Origin: a virus
Length of the DNA: 64,000 nt
IMG/VR virus record: IMGVR_UViG_3300021181_000010
Span: 1 to 64,000 of that record
Reading direction: 5' to 3' (one strand)
A model generated the notes under the pieces. That model ran no database searches, had not been told where the DNA came from, and saw nothing but the letters and a program-made list of their open reading frames with translations. Made by a program: the position numbers and the translations under genes. Positions 1-10,585 of this stretch are shown in pieces (position 1 is the first letter of the stretch; each line of letters opens with the position of its first letter).

Positions 1-7
1 CGAAGTG

Positions 8-3000
8 TTAATTAGCGTTAGTGTATGGCGACGGATAGTCAAGCACACCAGAAGAATTGATTGCACTCAAAATCGGATTATTTGGATAGAGTGTTTTCTG
101 AGAATATGGAACAACATCCTGTGATGGATAACCATTGACCATACTACGAATTTGCATCGTGACGGGAACTGACGGATCAGCCGACTGGAAGTAAACATCG
201 ACCGCAGTCAAGAATAGACCGCCAGCCGACTTAACCAAGAACGACTGAGCAAGCGGATCAACCCACAATGTCAAGTCAACTACTTCAGGACTACCACTTG
301 TTTGTGCAACCGCAGTCTGTTGTGATGTTGTCGTCGTCGAACCGAGATTCTGAGTGACAATCTGTGACTGGCTGACCTGTTGTGTCTGAATTTGTGGTGT
401 GGCAATCGACGTAATGGTTTCTTGGTTCTGATCAACAATACCAGACGCATTGTAAGTAGCATCACCGTATGTCGAAGCAGTTGCAGCATTCGTCAAACTT
501 GAGGTTAAACGGAACACACGAGCACCGACACGAAATTCATTTGCAGTATTGCACGGAATTTCAAAGAATAAAGTTATGCTTCCGGTTGCATCGGTGACCA
601 AAGGATCATTCAAAGCACCAACCAAAAGTGTAGCTGTCTGATCAGTATCGGTAGGATCTTCAGATACACCTTCGTCAATGTTGTCTTGAGGGCTATAATC
701 TCCACCCCATGTAATCGTTATCGTTTCCCAATCTGCTGTTGACGGTGCATTTGGTGTGATTTGAGGATCAAGATAAGGACGACAGAAAGCCGACACCAAT
801 GTTCCATCAAAGAATGGATACAAAGTTGTACTTGGCTTAAAGTGCGTACCAATAACTTTGATACGGCGACTTCTAATGTAAGGAGTCAGGCTGACATTAA
901 CGACAGAATTGTTGACTGTCTGAGTAATATTAGCCGTGACCATCGTCTGAATACCAGTACGAGTTTGGCTGATTTGCTGTGACGTGCTGACCGTTGTGTT
1001 CGTTGTTGTCGTAGACGATGTAGAAGCGCCTGGACCCTGAACAGTATAAGGAACCTGGACAGAGTTTTGACCATTCCATTCAGGACTCGTCGAATATGGA
1101 GAACCATTGATGTAAATGACGGTGTGTGAATACTCGTCTCCTTCGCTCGAACCGGCGTTTGCTGTGTTGTTCGTATAGGTCCAGCTACCAGGAGTTGCGA
1201 TAAGATTTGCAATGACATCCTGAGGATTCGTGCTACCACTACCAGCAGTTGATGATGGTGTTGAAGAGGTCGATACCGTAGATGATGTGGTGCTTACAGG
1301 CGTACCGACCCAATTAGTCTGCCAGTCACCCCAAGTTACTCCGCTCCATTGATTGACGTACTGATAACCATCCATTGCCGAGTTATCTGTCAAATTAATA
1401 ACTGGACGTTGGACCGTAGAATACCATGTATCAGTCGGCGGAACTAACGAAACACTGCCATAATACGTGAAAACGGCGAATGGATTGATATTGATTGTGT
1501 CGGTAGCAAAGCCTTGCGTAATTGCCGGGATTTGAGTGTACGGCAAAACGCAGATGTTGTCTCGAACCACATATCCCGACGAACCTGTTGCATAAAAATC
1601 AAGGTTGTTAGAATTTTGAATAAAGGTTGGACGTAAAGTTCCCGAACCAGGATCTACAGAACATGCAAAGTCAGGATCAAAAACATCTCCGACACCCATG
1701 CCTTGGAAATTGTCTACGACGAATCCATTTTGGAAACGATCCAATCCAGTTGCCGTGTTTGTTACGGTATAATTGGCTGCGCTTGTCTCAAGTTGGTTTA
1801 AACTGACATAGTATTCAAGGTTAGCAATACGCTGTTCGAGCTTACCAATGTCCTGCATAGTGTATGAAGGGTTATTGGTCGTAATCCAAGAAAGGTCTGT
1901 TGTAGAAAGTGTGTACGGATTAAGAGTAATCGTGTACAACATCATACCATCGAGAGGATCTGCTGGCGGTAGAGGAGCCAACGCCGGGGTTCCTGTGATG
2001 TCATCAAAATTGCCGTATCTATCGACGTAAATTTTATCGATACGTCCGAGATAGTATTGGAAATCAGCAATGATATTATTCGATGTCTGGAGAGGAGCCG
2101 AATAGCTTCCGCCCGTTCCAGAGAATCCCAGTCCATCATCTTCGAGGCGAGGACGGAAATCCATACAGTCACGAAGGACCATAAAACTTCCATTAGAGGC
2201 CGGATAAACAGGGATATTGTTATAAGAAACTTGGTTAGTGTAGCTATCGACCGAGAAGTAGTCACCAGATCCCGAGTGGGCAAAGTATTTGAACGAAATC
2301 AAAACACGGCCACCTGGATTCGGTGCTCCCGGTGAAAGGATTATTCGACCGATGTCATAGTAATAGTCACGTTGACCACCATCCAAGACATAACGACCGC
2401 TAATGTCCATGTCGCTTGTAGTTGCATCAACACCAGGATCTCCTGAGTCATAAACATTTAAAAGCGAATACACATCACCTTTTGAAAGTGACATGATCGG
2501 AGTTGGATTTGGAAATGCAATTGTTGCTGTGGTTAGAGCCTTGAGTTTCTCTTGTGCTCCCGTCTTGTAAAGTGTAGCCATCAACTTTACAGTCGTTCCG
2601 GTAATACCACCCAAGATTCCAGCATTGAAAATTGTAAACGTAAGCTGAGTGCCTGCTGGACTTCCGCCGAAATTCCCCGAGTTGATGTACTGGTCAAGAT
2701 CAATGATCTTACCAATCTGTCCCGAGTTGGAACATGCTACGATGACAGCCATATAATCAATGTTGTTATATGGTGCAAATGTTGCTGTTGGTGAAGTGTT
2801 GAAGATGTACTGTCCAGAACTGTTGCTGGTTGCAATGAAGGTCTGACGAACATAGTAATTGGTTCGGCAAGTAGTGTCAGATGCACGAATGGTCGAAACC
2901 AATTGGATCGGCATTTGATAGACCAACAGAGCTAATGACGAATTGAAAATTTGACGACGATTAGCTAAAGTTCCTGTTGTAGAACTTGGTGCCGTGAACT

Positions 3001-4918
3001 GACCGCTCGACAAAATTTGAAGTGCGTTTGTATTGTTTGGTTCAGTGATGATGATATTGTTAATTGCATCGTACTCATCCAGAATTTCAGTTCCGATTCC
3101 ACTTGGGCCGGTAATCGTTGCACCTGGAACTAGACCTGTACCGTTGATGTTTGTTGCATCGAACATGGTGCAAACGTCACCCCAGCACGCTAGACCATTG
3201 TTATTGTTGTGTGAGGAATCGTTTACTAAGTAGAACGAACGAACGTTATCGATGTTCACACCAGGGTTCAAATTGATGTCAAAAATGAACAGCTTAAACA
3301 GAGCACTTGGATCACCAGCATTAAGTCCACTGTAGTATTCCATTGCATGAATTCTGGCTGTTCCTAATCCGTTCGTAGCAAGATCAAAAGAACCATTGCT
3401 CTTCCGATTTGAAAAATTGATTGTCAAAAAGTTTTTCGGAACGCTAGAATCCGGCAATGGGAAATTTGAAATGTTCTTGACCAGAAGATAATTTCCAATG
3501 GGCGCTGCAACCTGAGCACTTACTGCCTGGGCTGTCGTTCTTGCCTTAGCAACTGTCACAAATTGGGTGGACAAAGTGTCGATACGATAACCATCTACAT
3601 ATGCACGACCAGACTCCATTCCGACAGCCAACTTCGTAATGTCTCCGATTCCAAACGGTGGTGGAGGATAAACTCCGTTGTTAACCATCGTCGGATCAGA
3701 CACAATGTACGTTGTAGTCGTGTCAGGAACTTTGTTTGCTGCAAAAGGATTGTCAATAACTGCTATCTTCGTTGCTCCAGTGTATCCAGTGATGGTGAAA
3801 TTTTGTCCTGCACCTGTGCCATTGGAAAGGTAGATTTGATTATTGACATAAGCACCATCGACGGCTGAGGCTGATGTCGCCAACATGATAGATGCTGGTG
3901 CTGCCGGTCCAGGATTAGATCCTACAGCTTGCGTTGCACCGGCCACCTGTCCTTCAGTTACAAAGGATGTGTCTAAGTGTTCACGCACATTGATTTGGAA
4001 ATTACGAACTGCAAAGTCACCTGCGCTGTCGGCAACATATCCGGCAAGCTCTTGAGCAATAACACTGTAAGTATCAGTCTTTACCTGAGTCTGAGTAATG
4101 CTGTTCAAAAGACGAACAAGCTCGATGAAATTTGGATTTGTCGGTGGATTTAATGTCACCGAAGCAGAAACCGGAACGCTGGTCAAAATCAAATCAATTT
4201 TGTAACGATCCGCACCAGGAGCCGCATAATTTGGGCTACCGGCTGCATTGTCCAAAAGAGAAGAATCTGATGCCGATGTCACAATACTTTCGACAATCTG
4301 CAAACCTACTGCACAAGAAACAAGATTGCTGTACTTGTTCAAAAGAATATACTGTGCTTCTACACGAACAAAATAGCCCCAAATGTAGTAGACACCTTCG
4401 TCAATTTGAGCCGAAATACAAAGACCTGTTCCGTTCGATGCCTGAACTGTTGCCAATCCAGTGGTCGATCCTTGCAATGTCAAAACTTCGCCGCCAGCAA
4501 ACACTTCTGCGCCTGCTATTCCAGTATTCAAATACTTTACAAATAGCGTCGGATTGTCTGAGTTGACAGCCGGGGTAGAATATACAACTTGTGCCTGAAG
4601 ACCTGTGGTTTGTCCGACGACGATTTGACCTGTAAAAAGTGCAAGATTGACTGGAATCGGGTTTGGCCCAAGCATTCCATAAGTCGGATTCAAAATGACA
4701 TAAGCAGTCATTGGATCAGTTGCAATCTGACCAGGGAGAACCATTGATCCATTTTGATAGATGGAATCGCCAAGATTTTTGATTTGTTGCTGGAGGATAC
4801 TTTGTTCGGTCGTAAGTTCACGAGCCTGGACAGCTACCGCAGGCTTGAACAGCACTCGGTAGAAATGCTTCGTATCGCTGAAGTCATCATTGTACGGCGA
4901 AATATTGAAATTTAACAT
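8..4918 (-). CDS. Very large virion structural protein (tail fiber or baseplate-associated), 1636 aa
   Basis: Uninterrupted 4.9 kb ORF; Ser/Thr/Gly/Asn-rich, fibrous low-complexity composition; last gene of a minus-strand baseplate operon after gp6-like and gp7-like genes; continues beyond window start? (ORF begins at 4918, stop near window edge). Confidence 0.6.
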   Translation of the reverse strand: MLNFNISPYNDDFSDTKHFYRVLFKPAVAVQARELTTEQSILQQQIKNLGDSIYQNGSMVLPGQIATDPMTAYVILNPTYGMLGPNPIPVNLALFTGQIVVGQTTGLQAQVVYSTPAVNSDNPTLFVKYLNTGIAGAEVFAGGEVLTLQGSTTGLATVQASNGTGLCISAQIDEGVYYIWGYFVRVEAQYILLNKYSNLVSCAVGLQIVESIVTSASDSSLLDNAAGSPNYAAPGADRYKIDLILTSVPVSASVTLNPPTNPNFIELVRLLNSITQTQVKTDTYSVIAQELAGYVADSAGDFAVRNFQINVREHLDTSFVTEGQVAGATQAVGSNPGPAAPASIMLATSASAVDGAYVNNQIYLSNGTGAGQNFTITGYTGATKIAVIDNPFAANKVPDTTTTYIVSDPTMVNNGVYPPPPFGIGDITKLAVGMESGRAYVDGYRIDTLSTQFVTVAKARTTAQAVSAQVAAPIGNYLLVKNISNFPLPDSSVPKNFLTINFSNRKSNGSFDLATNGLGTARIHAMEYYSGLNAGDPSALFKLFIFDINLNPGVNIDNVRSFYLVNDSSHNNNNGLACWGDVCTMFDATNINGTGLVPGATITGPSGIGTEILDEYDAINNIIITEPNNTNALQILSSGQFTAPSSTTGTLANRRQIFNSSLALLVYQMPIQLVSTIRASDTTCRTNYYVRQTFIATSNSSGQYIFNTSPTATFAPYNNIDYMAVIVACSNSGQIGKIIDLDQYINSGNFGGSPAGTQLTFTIFNAGILGGITGTTVKLMATLYKTGAQEKLKALTTATIAFPNPTPIMSLSKGDVYSLLNVYDSGDPGVDATTSDMDISGRYVLDGGQRDYYYDIGRIILSPGAPNPGGRVLISFKYFAHSGSGDYFSVDSYTNQVSYNNIPVYPASNGSFMVLRDCMDFRPRLEDDGLGFSGTGGSYSAPLQTSNNIIADFQYYLGRIDKIYVDRYGNFDDITGTPALAPLPPADPLDGMMLYTITLNPYTLSTTDLSWITTNNPSYTMQDIGKLEQRIANLEYYVSLNQLETSAANYTVTNTATGLDRFQNGFVVDNFQGMGVGDVFDPDFACSVDPGSGTLRPTFIQNSNNLDFYATGSSGYVVRDNICVLPYTQIPAITQGFATDTININPFAVFTYYGSVSLVPPTDTWYSTVQRPVINLTDNSAMDGYQYVNQWSGVTWGDWQTNWVGTPVSTTSSTVSTSSTPSSTAGSGSTNPQDVIANLIATPGSWTYTNNTANAGSSEGDEYSHTVIYINGSPYSTSPEWNGQNSVQVPYTVQGPGASTSSTTTTNTTVSTSQQISQTRTGIQTMVTANITQTVNNSVVNVSLTPYIRSRRIKVIGTHFKPSTTLYPFFDGTLVSAFCRPYLDPQITPNAPSTADWETITITWGGDYSPQDNIDEGVSEDPTDTDQTATLLVGALNDPLVTDATGSITLFFEIPCNTANEFRVGARVFRLTSSLTNAATASTYGDATYNASGIVDQNQETITSIATPQIQTQQVSQSQIVTQNLGSTTTTSQQTAVAQTSGSPEVVDLTLWVDPLAQSFLVKSAGGLFLTAVDVYFQSADPSVPVTMQIRSMVNGYPSQDVVPYSQKTLYPNNPILSAINSSGVLDYPSPYTNAN

Positions 4919-4961
4919 GGGTACTCAGTCGGTATTTAGGCTGCTTGAAAACGCCTGTCAA

Positions 4962-6518
4962 TCAGAACTGGATCAAAATTTTGGAATCCTCAATCTGATC
5001 ACTTGCACGCTCTACTGGACGACGATTTTCAAGATAAAGAATTTTACCAGAATACGGTAAAATATCCGGCTTGATGATACTTGCAATCGTAAAGACACTA
5101 GTATTATCTGGCGGTGTAGTCCAAGTCGTGCTTACCGTTGCTGTACGACTGATGCCCACATAAGCTGAAATAAGTCTCGTTTGACCACTACCTGTTCCTG
5201 CTGTAATCTTAATGGTCTGTCCGTTATAAAAACTATTGACACTCGATGCGCCAGCCGGAAACACAATGGTTGTTCCTGTGCCACTCGACGCTGTTGCTGC
5301 ATAAGTCGAAAGAACACCTGTTGCATCTGCTCCAATAACCGTTTCGCCCGGTATAAAGGTTCCAAGACACTGAACCAGACGAAGAGTTTTTGCCGCAGGC
5401 CCATCAGGTACAACAGTAGTTGGGGTCCAATCAAGAACCACACCAGTCGCTCCACTAGTGCTGCCAGTCACAATTTCGTCAGGATTGAAAATGGTTCCAC
5501 TGACTGAACTAAAATTGAGTCGAACAGCCTGATCATAATCGGTAGCTGTTGCTGGATCGCCGCTGCCATCATTCAAAATTGGATTTGACAACAAACCAAG
5601 TACACGATAGTCGTTCGATACCGTAAAGTTTCCGTTTTCGTCATAGATCAACTGAACGTCAACTAACACATTGAAACCACCAAGCTCAGTGACCGGATCT
5701 GATCCATGACCACCAAAAGGACTGATTGTTGCCGTCGCCGTCGCACCGTTGGAAGACACACCACCATTCGTAATCGCTACGTTTGCATAGGTGTAACCGG
5801 AACCTGTTGCCGTCATATTGATGCCTGTCACGTTGCCGCCTGCAATTGTTGCTGTGGCCGTTGCACCAGTTCCATCTCCAGTAATCGTGATCGTCGGCAC
5901 CTGAGTGTACGATGTGCCTGCTGTTACGATATTGATTCGATCAACTGTTCCGGGAACTGCTGCCGTCTGGACTTGCCATTGAGACGATCCATCATTTGAT
6001 GCCAAAGTTGAAACCGGAATCCAATTGGTCGTGACGAAACTTACTACATCGGCTGAGTTGACCGTGTACATGTACTTCCACTGATAGCCATCTGCGCTCG
6101 TAACCACACTTGTCGAAGTTCCTGATGGTTGGACCGTCGAAGGCACTCCATTATTGTTGTTCAGACACTTATAAACCTGCAAATTGGTGTTGGTTACATA
6201 AAATGGCGGATTTGGAGAAGCTGGATCGAACAAATCGATGGTATTGTCGTATTGTGAATAAGTCGTGTTGACCACCCAGGTATTTCTTGGAATAGCCAAA
6301 CTCACATTGTTTGCTGTGATGTTTTTAAGAGACAACATATTTCTATATGCTGTCGAAAGGTTTAACTCACAATCAATCGGTGACGGCGGCGAGTTATCAT
6401 CAACCCACGGCAATGTGCCAGCGATAAAAAGGTACATGTACTCACCTGACGTGGCAAAGCTGTCTTCAAACTGTGAAGCGGCGTAAATTCGGCAATTGGT
6501 TGTGACTATAGCAGCCAT
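4962..6518 (-). CDS. Tail fiber-like / baseplate structural protein, 518 aa
   Basis: Thr/Gly/Ala-rich tracts (TITITGDGTGATATATIAGGNVTG...) typical of fiber/beta-helix proteins; within baseplate operon. Confidence 0.5.
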   Translation of the reverse strand: MAAIVTTNCRIYAASQFEDSFATSGEYMYLFIAGTLPWVDDNSPPSPIDCELNLSTAYRNMLSLKNITANNVSLAIPRNTWVVNTTYSQYDNTIDLFDPASPNPPFYVTNTNLQVYKCLNNNNGVPSTVQPSGTSTSVVTSADGYQWKYMYTVNSADVVSFVTTNWIPVSTLASNDGSSQWQVQTAAVPGTVDRINIVTAGTSYTQVPTITITGDGTGATATATIAGGNVTGINMTATGSGYTYANVAITNGGVSSNGATATATISPFGGHGSDPVTELGGFNVLVDVQLIYDENGNFTVSNDYRVLGLLSNPILNDGSGDPATATDYDQAVRLNFSSVSGTIFNPDEIVTGSTSGATGVVLDWTPTTVVPDGPAAKTLRLVQCLGTFIPGETVIGADATGVLSTYAATASSGTGTTIVFPAGASSVNSFYNGQTIKITAGTGSGQTRLISAYVGISRTATVSTTWTTPPDNTSVFTIASIIKPDILPYSGKILYLENRRPVERASDQIEDSKILIQF

Positions 6519-6545
6519 TTTTATTCTCCGTTCCTATTTAGTAAG

Positions 6546-9500
6546 CTAGGAAATGTGTGATACGCCTAAAATTGTCCGAGGCGTCGTGATCTGAATTCTT
6601 GAAACTCCGAGTTGGATCTGCAAATCCGTCGTTCGGATATCTGCACTACCTGCAATGGTCTTCGGTCCAGTTGTCACCTGAAGACGAGCAACACCGCTTT
6701 GTGTCTTGGCGGTTAAGATTGTGATTCTTGCTGTACCACTTTGTGTCTGAGTTGTTGCCGCAGTGATCAACGAGAGACCAATCATAGTTCTCTCATTACC
6801 AGCAATCTGAATACGAGCCTTACCCAACTGTGTCAAGAACTCTGTCTTGTAGATGTCGGCGCTGCCCATGATATTATGAGCGTTATTGGAAACTGTGATT
6901 CTTGTTACGCCGCTTTGAGTTTTGAGCGTCGTATTGCGGATTGCTGTATTTCCGATTTGTGTTCTATCTGTCGTATTGCGAAGGTTTGCCAATCCGGTAA
7001 TGACATGAGGCGTTGTGATCTGAAGACGAGACAAACCAGTAAGGGTCTGTGTTGCTCCATGTTGAATGTTTGCTGCACCAATCTGAGTTTGAACTGTTGT
7101 AACTTGAAGACGAGTCAAACCAGTAATAGTGTGTAATTCAGCACCACGTTGAATACGAGCTACACCATTCTGAGTCTTGAGACGAGTAAGTTTGAGGTAA
7201 GCGCCACCAAGCTGAGTCTGTTGTGTTGTTCTTCTGATTGCAGCGGAACCCTGTTGTGTCTGGGAAACTGTTCCAGCATTGAGGTTAACGCCACGCTCAT
7301 TGAACAATTCAACACTAAGCTGGTTATAAATGGTGTCTAGTTCATAATCAAACAAGGCACGATCATAAAAGAGCGCATAGGCCAAATATCCATCAAAATA
7401 GCCCATTGTCGTCGGACTTGCAGATACTTCGGTCTGACCAAATTTACTTGAACCAAAAGTCGAATTTTTAAACAATGCAGCATTCTGAGCCACCGGAACA
7501 AATTCTACCGAAGGCTGACCAAAATACCATCCATCTGAATTTGTAGTTGGATTGATCGGATAGGTAGAAAATGTCGCCGAAATACTATCTGTCGTCTGAA
7601 GAGTCTGAACCGTTTCGACGTTACCAGTGATAATCCCGTCATTGAAGCGCAAAGCCGCCATGAAGAAGTTTCCACTTCCGATGGATGCTGGTGGGAAATT
7701 AACGGTTTCTTCTACGCCGTCATATCGTGCTCGGAAAGAGACTGCGCCGCCTGTTCTTAGATCGATTGCAAATCCGTTATTACCGGAATCTGGAATCATG
7801 CCAACCAAAGTGGTGTTTTGGCTGACATCATTAGCACTGGCAATGACTACGACAGTGCATTCTTTCAAATTGACAGGAACACCAGTTGCATTTACAATTT
7901 CGCTGTTGGTCGCATTAAGATGGACACCCTGACTTACAAAGGTTCCATCGTTAGACTCAGACAGAATACTTGTACCTAAAGTGCCATCATACGGCTCAGT
8001 ACCGGAATAATTTGGGCTAACATTATAGACGATTTGCGGATTGATACCTTCCAAAAACGAATAGATGACTTGATTTCCAACGGCTGGAATGGATTGTTGG
8101 TTATTAGTGATCAACAACGAACTGTCTATACAAATGTTCGAGCGAATGCTACGTGGGTCAGTGAGCACGTCGCCAATCACAAGATTTGCGAACATACTTA
8201 ACTGTGTATTACCATAACCACCAAGACTTCCGGCCCAGTAATTTTGATTTGGCGATGGGTAAGTCTCGTTGAATCCTTCGTAAGGAGGGAATCCTATGAA
8301 ACGAAATTGAGAAAGCGTACCAAGATTCGGACCAAGAACACCAACTTCAGTGAGTGAGTTACCATTTGTGATCACCACGTAGGCGTCTGCATTGATCTTC
8401 GTGCGGCGTTCTGGGAAATTGATGATCGAGCCAATGACTACGTTCTGAAAATTACTGATTTGCGTATTACCAGGACCATTAGTGCTCCAGTAGTTTTGGT
8501 TCGGAAATGGATAAATCCGATTGAACGTATAGTTTGGTGGGAATGCATAGAACTTCATTGCATCCAAATCTTTGTTTCGAGCACCTACCACACAAGGAGT
8601 CAGAGTGTTGAATTGCAGCGTGAACGTATTGTCTACTTCAAGGGATAGATCAAAAAATTTAACTCCAATAAGAAGAGTAAAGACACGAACAAGCTCCAAA
8701 AAATTGGTTTCTGGCTCATTGAACGAAACAACGGTTCCGAACATTTTAAGCCCAGCCGGATGCAACAACGTTTTTACGATGTCACGGTACTTGTCGATAG
8801 TCTCACCAACTCGCAAGTCATATGAAAAATCTTGCCAGTAAAACGAATCTTGAATGATCTTATTTGAGCTTGCAAAGCTGTCCGTTGTGGTCGGTGCATC
8901 TCCAATTCCACCTGCTTTGCCCGGAAGCCACATTCCTGCGGTATTAGCAGTAATTCCCAACATCGGAGGTAAGACTGCGCCGGAACCTTCTGCTGTATGA
9001 ATGGTCACCGTTGGATTGGTCAAGAAACCCAAACCAAAATTTGTAATTGCAATCGATTGAATTCCGCCCTTTACGTGAGTGATCGAATATTCAGTAGTGC
9101 CATCCGGGATTACCGTCCAGGCCGTAGCGACCGTAGCTACCTTAGTTGTGCCATTGTACGAGACGATTGTATTGCGTTGGCCTTGACCTGTGCCGCCAAT
9201 CAAATCGATTTCATCGCCTGCAAAAAAATTGTCTTGAGTAGGTGAATTGGCCGACAACAAAATTTGTGTTGCGTTTAAAAGATCACCACTGGAAAAATCT
9301 GAGTGTACATCCGAAAAATAATAAAGACCAGGGATACAAACACCATCCGTCTGTGGATCGGGATTTGTGTTCACAGTATCATCTGGACCAAAATATGGTT
9401 CCAAATAAAATGTCGTCGGAGGAGGCTGGCAACCACCGACATAGATCGTCTGAAAAATTGACGTAATGACAGCCGTCGCCGGGGCCAGTTCTCCACCACC

Positions 9501-10577
9501 ACTGATCGTGATAGTTTCGCCTACCTGATAGTTTTCCCCTGGCGTGTTAATTAGAAGCTGCTGGAGCAATTGATAAGCCTGCTCCCACTGAACGTCCGTC
9601 GATGGCTCTTCAAGGTCTTGTACGTCGCCTAAATCGCTTTGCGGGGGTGGTGCGACAGGATAGGAAATCTTGACTTGTTCTGGAAGATTTGTATTTGGAT
9701 CGATCTGAAATGTGCCATTGACGCTCGAAAGGGTCAATTCAGTAATCGTTCCCCCAGCGACATATTGTTGTGTTGCAGATTCGACACTTGCAGTTGCGCC
9801 CGAATAGACACCAACCAATTGACGATTTACGTATCCGAATGTATCCGTCGTTGTCGTGGTCTTCATGATGGTCTGAACGTACCAAACTCCATCAGAAGCC
9901 CGGAACAAGTCAACCTTTGGATAGTAAAACTCCATCTCCTGGTTGAAAAGAATACGGAACAAGAAACGGAAAGAATTTTCAGTGCCTCGTGCTTGATAAA
10001 AATCTTTAATGTGTTTCAGGATGTTTCGTTTGTCAGCCAGGATGTTACCTGGAATCTCGTACATGAAATCATCACGGAAGTAGTCGATAAACCGATCAAT
10101 TGTGGTGTCAATGTCTCGGTACTGAAGCAAAGTTCGAGGATAGAGAGCATCACGAATCGAAATCCTGGTGTTCGGCAACGGAATAAACGAAGAGTCCCAG
10201 GCATCGACCGTCGCAATCATAGTGACAGGATCGTATGCAGTAATTTTTCTGGTGTAACCTTTCGTCGGGCCGTTGGTACAGACTACATGCATTCCTACAT
10301 AAGCGTCGATTTTCGTAGAAGGTGCATTCAAAGCGATATTTGATGAAACCTCTAGCGGAATAGGATTCAAAGTTACAGACGTAAGCGTGGCATCAATAAT
10401 TTTGCAGGCGTATGCTTCTTCACCATTCTTTTCCAACCATTCATAATATGCTTTCAAAAACGCAATGAACGTAGGATCAGCATCACGAACAAAGTCAGGA
10501 AGCTGTGTCTCGATGATTTGTGAGATCGTTCTTTGCGGATTAGGAAGACTCAGTGGGAGCGAAGGAATTGTTGGCAT
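6546..10577 (-). CDS. Large baseplate wedge-associated structural protein (gp7-like by position), 1343 aa, C-terminal 11-residue fibrous repeats
   Basis: Immediately downstream of gp6-like gene as in T4-type baseplate operons; C-terminal about 230 aa is a tandem approximately 11-aa repeat (TQxGxARIQ...). Confidence 0.5.
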   Translation of the reverse strand: MPTIPSLPLSLPNPQRTISQIIETQLPDFVRDADPTFIAFLKAYYEWLEKNGEEAYACKIIDATLTSVTLNPIPLEVSSNIALNAPSTKIDAYVGMHVVCTNGPTKGYTRKITAYDPVTMIATVDAWDSSFIPLPNTRISIRDALYPRTLLQYRDIDTTIDRFIDYFRDDFMYEIPGNILADKRNILKHIKDFYQARGTENSFRFLFRILFNQEMEFYYPKVDLFRASDGVWYVQTIMKTTTTTDTFGYVNRQLVGVYSGATASVESATQQYVAGGTITELTLSSVNGTFQIDPNTNLPEQVKISYPVAPPPQSDLGDVQDLEEPSTDVQWEQAYQLLQQLLINTPGENYQVGETITISGGGELAPATAVITSIFQTIYVGGCQPPPTTFYLEPYFGPDDTVNTNPDPQTDGVCIPGLYYFSDVHSDFSSGDLLNATQILLSANSPTQDNFFAGDEIDLIGGTGQGQRNTIVSYNGTTKVATVATAWTVIPDGTTEYSITHVKGGIQSIAITNFGLGFLTNPTVTIHTAEGSGAVLPPMLGITANTAGMWLPGKAGGIGDAPTTTDSFASSNKIIQDSFYWQDFSYDLRVGETIDKYRDIVKTLLHPAGLKMFGTVVSFNEPETNFLELVRVFTLLIGVKFFDLSLEVDNTFTLQFNTLTPCVVGARNKDLDAMKFYAFPPNYTFNRIYPFPNQNYWSTNGPGNTQISNFQNVVIGSIINFPERRTKINADAYVVITNGNSLTEVGVLGPNLGTLSQFRFIGFPPYEGFNETYPSPNQNYWAGSLGGYGNTQLSMFANLVIGDVLTDPRSIRSNICIDSSLLITNNQQSIPAVGNQVIYSFLEGINPQIVYNVSPNYSGTEPYDGTLGTSILSESNDGTFVSQGVHLNATNSEIVNATGVPVNLKECTVVVIASANDVSQNTTLVGMIPDSGNNGFAIDLRTGGAVSFRARYDGVEETVNFPPASIGSGNFFMAALRFNDGIITGNVETVQTLQTTDSISATFSTYPINPTTNSDGWYFGQPSVEFVPVAQNAALFKNSTFGSSKFGQTEVSASPTTMGYFDGYLAYALFYDRALFDYELDTIYNQLSVELFNERGVNLNAGTVSQTQQGSAAIRRTTQQTQLGGAYLKLTRLKTQNGVARIQRGAELHTITGLTRLQVTTVQTQIGAANIQHGATQTLTGLSRLQITTPHVITGLANLRNTTDRTQIGNTAIRNTTLKTQSGVTRITVSNNAHNIMGSADIYKTEFLTQLGKARIQIAGNERTMIGLSLITAATTQTQSGTARITILTAKTQSGVARLQVTTGPKTIAGSADIRTTDLQIQLGVSRIQITTPRTILGVSHIS

Positions 10578-10585
10578 TGCTTACC

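Noticed and set aside
9639-10343. 234-aa plus-strand ORF inside the 1343-aa structural gene (similar cases at 23410-24036, 35500-36546, 50262-50999, 57631-58659 and 59032-59736)
   Set aside because: These long antisense ORFs lie entirely within longer, motif-bearing minus-strand genes. They have Cys/Arg-rich, low-complexity translations and no start context. They are shadows of the coding strand.
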